Shown here in pieces: positions 13,173 to 23,640 of a stretch of DNA of 64,000 bases. A model generated the notes under the pieces. That model ran no database searches, had not been told where the DNA came from, and saw only the letters and a list, made by a program, of their open reading frames with translations. This stretch comes from Vicugna vicugna. Taxonomy: Eukaryota. How positions within the stretch are numbered: the stretch's first letter is position 1; every line of letters starts with the position of its first letter. The stretch lies in contig MU058781.1 of assembly GCA_013265495.1 (NCBI GenBank), forward strand, positions 10,769,009-10,833,008. Direction: 5' to 3'. A program made the translations under genes and the position numbers.

Positions 13173-15534
13173 ATGCATGTTTCTAATGCAGTGGAAACTC
13201 ATGAAAATTTATTTGTATTCTTTCTATGTTAATGTATAATGTATTTTCATGTATTGACATAGTTTACTTAGACATTCATTAATCCCATCTTGTAAATATA
13301 GGTTTATTTGACTTGCTATTGTGTCCTGTAGTCATTTTCCTTTGTTATTGTTGTTAATTATGCAGGCAAAAATGAAATAAACTGATAAGGGTAAAAATGC
13401 ATTTATTTCTTCAATTCCCTATGTCAGCTCCCCTAACTTCCTAAGGAAAGCAAGCATTTCCAAATGTTGTACTTAAACTATAGATTTTTATATATGTATA
13501 AACCATTAAAAGTTTTCACTGAGCCAGTATAGTATTAAGTGCCTACACATCCTTTCTTCCCTTTAAACTGAGACTAATACATGGTAGTCCTTTAAACAGA
13601 CCATCCATCTGATAATCTGACTCTCACCACCCGTATGGTTTTCTAGCTAGAGAAGCACACTGTATCCATCCATGCCTACAATATACTTTCTCTTACTAGA
13701 ACCTATGTATTCATTAGTAGGCTATTTACAGGGGTTGAAATATGCCAATAACCAGAAAGTCCTCATAAATACTTAAGGACAATGGCTTTTCTAATATACC
13801 ACCTTAACTACATAACTTTAGTCTTTTTAATCATTATCTTTGTCTTATCTTCTCAAAATGTCCTCTAATACCTTTTAAAAAGCTTTGACAGATTAACTAG
13901 AAATAAAAACACAAAAAACACCAGACAGCACATCATGCTTTACCAGAATAGGCTGATTTCAAATCTGACTTTCTGAGAGGAAAAAAAAAAAGTAGATAAA
14001 AATCATTTTAAAAGAATGATCCTTTTTCTTAGATATGTATTATGCTAACAATACTTCAAGACATTTGAACTATTCCAAATATAAATGAAATGCTGGCAAC
14101 GTTAAAGTATGTAAAGTAAGAAACAAGGAAACCCAGGATTAATTCATAATCCACCCCAAAATAATGTTTTTTAAGGGGTCCATATGCTACTTCCTATGCT
14201 AAATGTCTTCCTTTCACATGTGCTATCATCCTGTATTCATTGCAGGATATCAAGTGCAGGAAGTGAATTGTATCCGTTTTCTTCCTCATTTGATATTAAG
14301 AAGCTAGGAAAAACATATTGGAGAACACTGGCTCAGAGAGCCAGAAACTCAGCTGTACCATCACTCTGGCATTAACTGGCTTTATAATGTTAACATGTCA
14401 CTTCACTTTTCTGTACAATTAAGATTTACTCAATGTTCTGTGTTTGTAAAATATAAGCAGTGCTTGAGAATAGTAAAGAACAAACAGAATAGTTTCTTCC
14501 AGGTGAAAAAGAGAAGTTCTAATGAAAAAACTACTTCAGTTACATAATTTTTTGGAAGGCCAAGGCCCTCAACAGCAAGGGAAGACAATCTTAAAAACAT
14601 CCTTAGTAGAATTCTCAGCACAGATGGCAAACGCAAGAACCTAGCCTGACATAGGCTTTGCACGAGAACTTCAGATCTGTTTCCTTCAAACTAATGTTAC
14701 CAAATCAAAATGTATGACTCAATAGTCCGTTTTTTTTTTGTTTTTTTTGTTTTATTACAAAATCTGGAAACTCTGAAAACTGGAAGTTATCAGAAAGTTA
14801 TGGAAAAGTGGGTTATGAGGAAGGTAAACAACATGTCTCAATTTGCCCAGTAACTTTCCTGGGTATTTTGGACTGAATGCCCTATATTTCAGGAAACCTA
14901 ACATCCTAGTTTTTTGTATTTCACTATGTAACCCAGAGGAGTAAGGACGTAGATTATTTAAATTTTATTGTTAATTTGCATATCAATATCCAATTCTCTA
15001 GGTGCTATTGTCATGTGGCTCCTATCAGGCTCAATATTTAATCCTCCACCATTAAGAATATTCTGCTCCATTCTACCTGCCCCCCCCACCCCCCACAAAT
15101 ACATGTGCATTCCTAGTTGACCATGAACATACAAAATGACCAGGAATCTTAATTGAGGAGGAAACTAGCATCTTAGCTGAGTTTACAGAACCTAATTTTC
15201 AGTATTAGATAATAATGGAGTTAGAAACAACAACATTGAGAGGCAATATTTATGATTTTAACTTTTTGAAGCCTATTCCAGTCCATTTTGAAATTATAAG
15301 ACATTGCATCTGAAAACAGAACAAAATAGGTGGCTCCACATAAAATGAAAAGGGGAAATGAAGGTATGGTTAATGATTTTAACTATGACCAGTTTGAGTC
15401 TTCTTACAGAGGCTTTAATATCTTGTTAGAGCAAAGCAGACTGAAAGGACTGCTAAAAACTGTGAAGGCAGGGCGGGGGGGTAGAGGGGGTTGGGGGCCA
15501 TGGTGGGAGGAGAAGTAGAAATATTGACATCCTA

Positions 15535-15979
15535 GGCTCCCAAAATACTCAGGTCCTAAGCCTTAGAAACTGTAAATGTTACTTTGTATGACACAAGGGA
15601 CTTTGCAAATGTGAATAAGATAAGGATTTTGAGATGGGAAGATTACTCTGGATTATCCAGGTGGGGTTTAAATGCAAAAACAAATGTCTTTATAAGAGAG
15701 AGGCAGTTGGAGATTTGATACAGAGAAAGGCAATGTGACACTTCTGGCTTTGAAGACAGAGAAAGGGCCCATGGGAAAGGAATGCAAAGAATGCAGCTTT
15801 AGAAGATAGAAAAGGCAAGAAAATAGAATCTCCCCAAGAACTACCAAGGGAATATCTTAATTTTAGCTCAGGAAAACTGATTTTGTTCCTGCAGAACTGT
15901 AAACACACAATAAATGCATATTATCTTAAGCAACCAAGTTTGTGGTAATTTGTTACAGCAGCAATAAGAAATTAATACA
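15535..15979 (+). mobile_element. MLT1D-like ERVL-MaLR LTR
   Basis: gggactttgcaaatgtgaataag...ttttgagatgggaagattactctggattatccaggtggg; ends gtttgtggtaatttgttacagcagcaataagaaattaataca. Confidence 0.88.
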
Positions 15980-16537
15980 GAACATGCAATTAAAGAAGCT
16001 TACAATGTGACAAAGCTTGGGAGAAGGCAAATGAAACAGGCCAAGAGTTTTCAGATCGAATAAAAGTAAGACACCAAAATCTATTTTATGGACAATGTTG
16101 AATTGAATATAATAGTAAAGTGAATAAATCAACTTTCAGTTGATTCTGTTGGACAAAGAAATTAACAACAGAAAAGCAATGGCCCATGCCACAGAGATAT
16201 TGGCAGTTAAACTCTAGCTGAAAATATCTAAAATGTCTAGACCATGAAAATAAATGAGACAAAGACATACATAATACAGAAAATGTATATCACAATGGTA
16301 ATGAGTAATTTTGCAGGAAATCATTACAGACCAGGAAAAAACATTTGTGTTTTCATAGATTCTGGGCAAATCCTTTGTAAAAATAAAGAAACAAACAAAT
16401 AGTAGTGCTTTTTCTTTGAAATACTCACCAAAAACAAAGTGCACACATGAAATAGTAACAGTCATAGAAACAACAGGCATGATGGCAGTAGAATTCTCTT
16501 TACTGACAACACCATATACAATATTGACTGGAACTCT

Positions 16538-17131
16538 TGAAGGAGGACTAGTAAAATGGCCGCACTTAGGCTAACAGATTCTTACCTTTATTGCTTGCCC
16601 TTAGAATGGTCAACAAACCTGACCGACTGGTTACTACTCACAGCTCCGGGCCCACTGTTAAAACTAAAGCTATTGATTTTACTGTTTCTACTTTATTCTG
16701 GTAATCAAAAGTTATAATCATGCTTGGCTTCTGAGTTTTTCTCCAGGAAGAAGGTCACAGGACTGTAACCTTACAAAATAGCCTAAATTACCAGGAAGAC
16801 CATGCTTTGGGTGCTTATAAGAGAAAGGGATCAAAAGAGTGACAACCATTAGGCTCTATAGAATTGGTCACCTGGAGACACCACGATGCCACTTTGAGTC
16901 TTATGAAAAGAAAATAATTTTGTTGATTGTCACTGATGCTTTATTGTTTAAGTCATGGCTATATAACCACCCTGCTCCATCCCTGAGACGGATTCACAGT
17001 TTTGAAGGCACTAGCTTGCTGCAAGGCCCCTTTGCATGGCAAAGCAATAAAGCTGCCTCTTCTTCTAGCTCCAAGACCCTTTTTCTGAGTTATTTGGCTT
17101 ATCAGGGATGAGGGCTGATCTTTCGGCAACA
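16538..17131 (+). mobile_element. Complete solo LTR (594 bp), probably ERV1 class
   Basis: TG...CA ends, 4-bp TSD CTCT (16534-16537, 17132-17135), TATATAA 16960-16966, AATAAA 17046-17051; ends gctgatctttcggcaaca. Confidence 0.85.
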
Positions 17132-17479
17132 CTCTTGCCCCTTTCCAGAAGAGTTGTACTCTTTTGATAAATGGATCAAAGGCAAGCCTGAGGAAAGATT
17201 AAAGTAAACGTGGCCTACATGTGTACTTAAGAGAGAGAAACAGATAGAAATTTAAGGAAATTCCTCCTTATTGCTGGCCAATATCGATAAAGGGTACTTT
17301 TGTCTAGGGAGACTTCTATGTTAATAATAATGCTTCCAGTCTCTGTTATCTATGTTGTGCAGGATTAAGAAGAGAAAGGATCTGACTGGAAATCCCCAAT
17401 GAAATACAAATTTTTATTTCAATAAAATGACAACTTTTCATCCTGTCTACCGCTTTCCCAGCCTTGTCTGTTTAAATAT

Positions 17480-18650
17480 GACTAGTTAAATACATCCTCT
17501 GCTAAAGACAATGAAAATCCCAGATTAAACAAAATATGTATGATTTCATTCTAAAGCTTAAAAGGGCTGTCAAAAATAAAGAATTACTAGTACATTATAT
17601 AGGCAAAGCTAAGAAATCAGGGAAATAAATAGATTTTTGACATCAGATATAGCCAAAAAAGCATTTTTCAAACTTAGATAAATTCAGTTGTATTTCTATA
17701 GTCCTTCATATACTTGAGAGAGAAGACAAAGCATCGTACCCATAGCAAATGGTGGTTCTAATAAGAGATACTCAATTATAAAGCTGAGATCACAAAAGAC
17801 TATACCCTCAGTGTAGGTGTGAAGCAGAAGTAAACCTAGATGACGTTCCACTTTCAGGAAACAACGAAGAAAATTGTCTTGGCACTAGAACATGGAGTGG
17901 GATCTAGGAGCCAAGTTACAGCCTGAAAAGTCATAATTAAAAGTTGGCCCTTAAGATGATTAGCAGTTTTAAATCACACTATTTGTCTCATCCAAAATAA
18001 TCTCAAGTTGAAAATAAAAGGACAAAAAAAAAAAATGCCAGACAAATTTTGACCAAAAAAAAAAAAATAATAGTGCAGCTATTGGTAGACTGTTACTAGA
18101 TAAAATACATTTTAAGAAGCAATAAGTATTGGTGTCAGTAAAGATATTCACTGAGTAATAAAATGTTCAATTTGCCACAAAGATAGAACAATTATAAATA
18201 TATATACACTCAATAATATTGTATAAAAGTATACAGAGAAAAAAATAACAGAAGTCCAAGGAGAAATAGACAAATCCATAATCATAGTAAAAGACAGAAT
18301 TTAACACACTTCTCTCAGTACTTGATAAAATAAGCAGAAAAAAATTAATAAGGCTATCGAACACTTGGAAAACACAATCATCAAATTTGATTCAGTGTAA
18401 TTGGTAATTAAATAAACAGTATTTTATTTTTTATTTATTTTCATTTTTTAATTTTTTATTGCTGTATGATAGCATTTTTTTAAATGAAAAAAAACTAGAG
18501 CTATAGTATGGGGGAAATATCTGCTAAACACGAAATCACTAAAGAATTAATATCCATATTATTTTTAAAACTTCTGCAAGTAAAATTTTAAAAGAAAGAC
18601 AATACAATAGAAAAACAGGCAAAAGCCTTAATCAATTACATTACAAAAGT
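17480..18650 (+). mobile_element. Old L1M fragments (5' region, endonuclease region, ORF2 3' piece)
   Basis: caaggagaaatagacaaatccataatcatagt...tttaacacacttctctcagtacttgata (EN-domain like), followed by ggggaaatatctgctaaac...aatagaaaaacaggcaaaag (ORF2 3' like). Confidence 0.7.
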
Positions 18651-18654
18651 GGTG

Positions 18655-18850
18655 GTTGCTCTGGTGTCTCCCCAGAAGCAATTCTGATAACCATTTTGGG
18701 CATTGTTCCTATTGGGATAGATTCCAAGCCAGGTCTCTGGCCTTACTGGAGAGTCTATAAATCTAATGTTCTTCAATAAATTCCTTTTATGCTTCAACTA
18801 GCCGAAGCAGGTGTCTTGCTTGCTTGAACACAAACCCTGAACTGCAGAGA
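18655..18850 (+). mobile_element. ERVL-class LTR 3' fragment (LTR16/LTR33-like)
   Basis: aataaattccttttatgcttcaactagcc...ttgcttgaacacaaaccctgaact resembles ERVL LTR ends. Confidence 0.5.
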
Positions 18851-21464
18851 TGTCACAATATGGTTTGTATACCAAAGCTTAGGCACCACTGACTCTATAA
18901 GTTTACTTACGTAAGGTCCTTAAGTTTTATGACCAGTAGCTGATACCCATCTTGCTGTCACCTTTCCAAATGTCAGTAGCCACTAGTTCCATTGTTCCAT
19001 TATTTTGCTTGATGTGACTCTCCCTTTGCCACTTTTCCTAACATTAGTGCTCCCGTTTCTCCAGCACACCAACAAATTCAGAATTGAGTACTTTCACAAG
19101 AAAATTTGAGGAGATATTAACCCTTGTTCAAATGAAAATGGTATTTTCTAAATCCATCCCACTGGATGGATTTAGCCTTCATGGTGGCCAAAGAGGCATC
19201 AAAGTGTGGGAAAAGGAATTGCTAAGACCTATTAAACAGAGACCATTACAGAATAGAAAAACATCTATCTCACAGTATTTATATTTCCTGAAAGATAAGA
19301 ACCATAAGAATCATCTTCTTTCTTTCAATAACTCGTTCTGCCTAGAAAAAACTCGATCTTTTGACCCAAAATTCATGTTCCCTAGAAATATAATGATTGA
19401 CTATAATGCTAGAATGATTTTCCTAAAAATTCCATCATCTACACTGTGGCTTTGGCTACAATCTTGCCTACAATAAAAACTCATTGAGTATGGACACTTT
19501 GATTCTCTAAAAATGATGAAATTATAGTTTAAACATAGTAGTTAAATTGACCCACTAAAGTAAGCAGGTCCTTATTAAAGAGTATGGTAGGAGGAATTCA
19601 CACCCTACAAACTTCTACATCAGTGCCGTCTTTCCTCCCTCCAAGGCTGTAGAGACACTTCTACCAGTAACTGCATAAAGTGTCATGCCAGTCTCCTTCC
19701 ATCTATCTTCCATCAAGTGTATGAATCCTGTTTCTGATTTATTCAGAATGCTGCCCTAATTGCTGTCCACTCACTCAAATCATAGTATGTGTATTAACTC
19801 TCTACTATGTATATATGACACATCCATTTTGGACGCTTCAATGTTAAGCAAGATGTGGTTCCAGTGCAATCTCTACTTTATGCTCAGAAAATTCTCTGGA
19901 GTCAGTCCTTCCGGACAAAAGTGGCTGTTATTATAATTCTGGTCCTGAATCAAGTGAATGAACAGAATCTTGTTTTCTCAGTCCAACTGTCTTTCTAAGT
20001 ATAGACATTGGTTAGTAGATGAGATAAAATAACATGATCTCACAGGGTGATTCTGACCTGATCTGTGAGGGACAAGTTACATTTATGTAGACTCAACTTA
20101 CATTTGTAGATTCTTTCTGAGTACATACTTGGATTATGTACACACTCAGTTCTTTCCTTCACGTCTGCATCCTTTGTCCATGGCACAGATCCAACAACAA
20201 CACCAACTTGGACCTCTGCTCAGGTGGGTTTCAGGAGACCATCTGGGATTCCACCTCTAATGTTTGCATGTGGTTTTCCTTATTACAATGGCATCACTAC
20301 AGGGAAGACTCCTATTGCCCTGTTGACAGTGGGATTCTGCCCACTGCAGTCACTACTGAAAACTTCATCTTACTAATCTTCCCCTAAGCTTTTAAATTCA
20401 TAAAATGTTGTGATCAAAAGGACAGAAATAGTCTACCCTTGCTACCTGGTTTCTCCCGTTTTTTGTTGTTATTATTGTTGTTGTATTTTTGTTGTTATTA
20501 TTTTGGGATTTCCTCTTCCTATTTTTTCTGCAGGTAGGTCTGAAATGTATAGTTCCCTTCAGTTTATTTACAACCTTGTAACATTTTTTTGTTTCCACCA
20601 GCTAATCTTTTATGCCTTTCATTCCTCCTACAAGACATATTTCCCTTCTGAATTTCACTTCTGATCAATTCTCCTGATTCAATGAGCTTCAATCTCTGGA
20701 AGTGTCTTTTTATTCTTTATTGTCCCTTGATAAGAAAAGAAAATGTGGTTTTCTTTGCATGTCCTTGCTTAATTTCTTTTATCACTATTATTTTGCTACA
20801 TTAGTTCAATAATAGTAGGAAAAAAGACACCTTATTATAGTAATCCACTTACTAAACTACATAAAATATCAATTCCCCAATTTATTCTTCAGAAGTATAG
20901 TATAGTCTTAACAAGCCCCATGTGTTTCCTTGGGAAGCAATACTTTTTAAACCCCATAGATCTGACCTACAGTTTCTAGTTTCTAAATGTGCTGTGTTCC
21001 TTTCAGTGTTTCCCTATGTGTTTTCCACTGCTGTGTCAGAAAAAAATTCAAGCTTTTTTCACTATTTGGCGGCTGAAATATAGTTCCTACTTTAGTGTGT
21101 TGTCTGGGTAGGAATGCAAATATCCTGCAAATTAAACACTTTGGCTTCTTTTTTAATCAGGATTTTACTCAGGTTTTTTGTTTGTTTGGTCTTGGTTTTT
21201 TTACGTAAATGTTAGAACCTTCTGGGTCCCAGTAAATAGCAGCTTTTTTTTTTTTCTCCTATCCAGGATCTGAACAAATTGTGAAATCAGACAAAGAAGT
21301 GGCAGATGAAAGAACAAAATACTATATTTCCCCAAATCTAATACCTCACGGATTTTAAGGCATTTTGCAATTTCAGAAATGGCAAGTGTGAGAAGTACAT
21401 CATAGTTGTTGAAAAGTGCTAGTACTTGTATTCCTGATAAAGGATCCCTTTATCTCTGATAAAG

Positions 21465-22200
21465 GGTCCCTACAGTAATGAATCACAGAATCAGACTCCC
21501 ATGCAGTCAGATGCAAGGTTGGCCTGGAGCAGGCATCCCCCATGGAGAGGAAGGATTGGCACAGCCCAGGGAAGAAGCAGATTTACACCAGTGCCTTGCT
21601 GGCAATCTATTCCTAAGAGCAGAATATAACCAGAAGAGACTGGGCGATATTTTCTCCTTTCAGTACCAACAATCAAATTCACCCTTCCCCCACCTCAGGC
21701 AAAGAATGGCTGAAAGGCAAGAGAGGCTAGGGACATTTCAGCAAGAATCACCCACTCCATATGGAAGAACATACCAAGAATGAGGAGTAAGCCTTCCTTC
21801 CTGGTCCCACCACACTCCTCTCCCCACTGCCCCTCCAATCCTATCATTTTCCATATAAACTGCACCCAAAGACTCTCAGCAACAAGGCAGACACAAACCA
21901 AACAAGCCCCTAAAAGAAGTCTTGAGGCTGCAGTGACCAAAGATTGTTATTTACAGGCACTATTCCAACTCCCCAGAGAAATGTATGAAAGGCAGTTACT
22001 CCTTCCCCCAAAAAGGGGGCATACATTACAGCCACCTTCCCAGATTATTATGCCCATGCCACACCACAATCTTGGGCCCAGTTCTCTGTATGAACTTTCA
22101 TTTCCAGACAACCACATGACATTTCACAACACTATTAAATTTTGCCTCATAGAGGACTACCACAATTTTGCAGGCTGAGTAACAAAAGTATAAGTTACTA
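21465..22200. mobile_element. Probable ancient LTR-like element, unclassified
   Basis: GC-richer block with TATA-like catataaactgc; only a loose resemblance to old mammalian LTRs, no termini or TSD found. Confidence 0.3.
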
Positions 22201-22299
22201 TACTAGTCCACAAAAAGAGCTGTGATGATTTGGTTACAAATAAAACACAGGGAAAGCCAAACACGTTATGCAATATTCTTTCATATTTTACATCTTTCT

Positions 22300-23640
22300 G
22301 CTTTTGCATTTTCTATTTAAAAAATCCACTATGTATTTTATAATTTTTTGATTGACTATAATCAAAACTACAGCAATCAAAACTACAGTACAAATGCAAG
22401 TCATTTGATCACACAATCAAAAGCATCTTCTAGAGATGACATTAGAAACTCAAGTACATTACAAATATTTTTTATCATTTTGTGTGTTTCTCTATTTTAG
22501 TGTAATCATAGACATATAGCTTCTTTAACATCCTCATCTGTTCCAACTGACTGCAAATGTTATCTTTCTGATGCGCAAATTTTAACATGTTAGCCACTAA
22601 TAGGCTTCTTTTTTTGCTGGCCTCTTTGTCCTTTTCAATGCAACACCAAACGTCTTTGGGAATATCTTTGCTTTCTTGCAATAAAATATTTCAGGTCTAT
22701 TTATATCCATTCTGCCTTAAGGTATGAAATTAGCTATTCTCCCAGAAGTTCTAGCTGCCTTAGTAAGAGAAATTAGTGCCCAAAAATTAGAGGTCAAGCA
22801 TGGTATGAATTAAAGTTTCCTCAAAAAACTAAAAATAGAACTTACCACATGATCCAGCAACCACTCCTGGATATACACCTGGAAAAAAGGAAAACACTAA
22901 TTAGAAAAGACACACACACCCCAGTGTTCATAGAAGCATGATTTACAATAGCCAAGACGTGGAAGCAACCTGAATGTCCATTGACAGATGAACTGATAAA
23001 GAATATGTGGTATACACACAATGGAATATTGTTCAGTCAAAAAAAGAATGAAATTTGCAGCAATGTGGATGGACCTAGAGGACAATATGCTTAGTGAAAT
23101 AAGTCAGACAGAGAAAGACAAATACTATATGATATCACTTATATGTGCAATCTAAAAAAAAAGACAAATGAACTTATTTACAAAACAGAAACAGACTCAC
23201 AGATACAGAAAACAAACTAGTGGTTATCAGCGGGGAGAGGGAAGAGGGGAAGGGGCAAGACAAGAGTTTGGAATTAAGGGATACATACTACTACATATAA
23301 AACAGATAAGCAACAAAGATATATTGTACTGCATAGGAAATTACAGCAATTATTTTGTAATAACTTTTAATGGAGTATAATCTATAAAACTACTGAATCA
23401 CTATGCTATACACTTGAAACTAATATAATGTTGTAAATCAACTATAGTTCAATAAAACAGAGGAGCATAAAAACAATTTCCACTGGGTAATTGCAGTAGA
23501 TAGAGTAACTCTGTGTCAACAGGAGATATTTCCTTTAGGTTATGAGTGTATACTGACATTTTCAAATTATATCTATCTTCACTTAGTTTGCATTTTTATT
23601 TAATTTGCTCTAATTAAAGGTTTAACAATCAAATTTTTCT
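22300..23640 (-). mobile_element. Old L1MC4/5-like 3' UTR split by a younger L1
   Basis: ttgctttcttgcaataaaatatttcaggtct...tagctattctcccagaag before the insert and tatgagtgtatactgacattttcaaatt after it. Confidence 0.55.
22805..23457 (+). mobile_element. 5'-truncated LINE-1 3' end (artiodactyl/camelid type)
   Basis: ttcctcaaaaaactaaaaatagaacttaccacatgatccagca...atagccaagacgtggaagcaacc...aagtcagacagagaaagacaaatac...ttgtaaatcaactatagttcaataaaa. Confidence 0.92.

Noticed and set aside
21478..22178. Adjacent 101-aa and 132-aa ORFs as a gene or retrocopy
   Set aside because: No recognisable domain, poly(A) tail or TSD; raised GC in a probable old LTR explains longer open frames.
22780..23470. TSD for the L1 at 22805-23457
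   Set aside because: Flanks (aaattagaggtcaagcat / aaaacagaggagcat) are too divergent to call.
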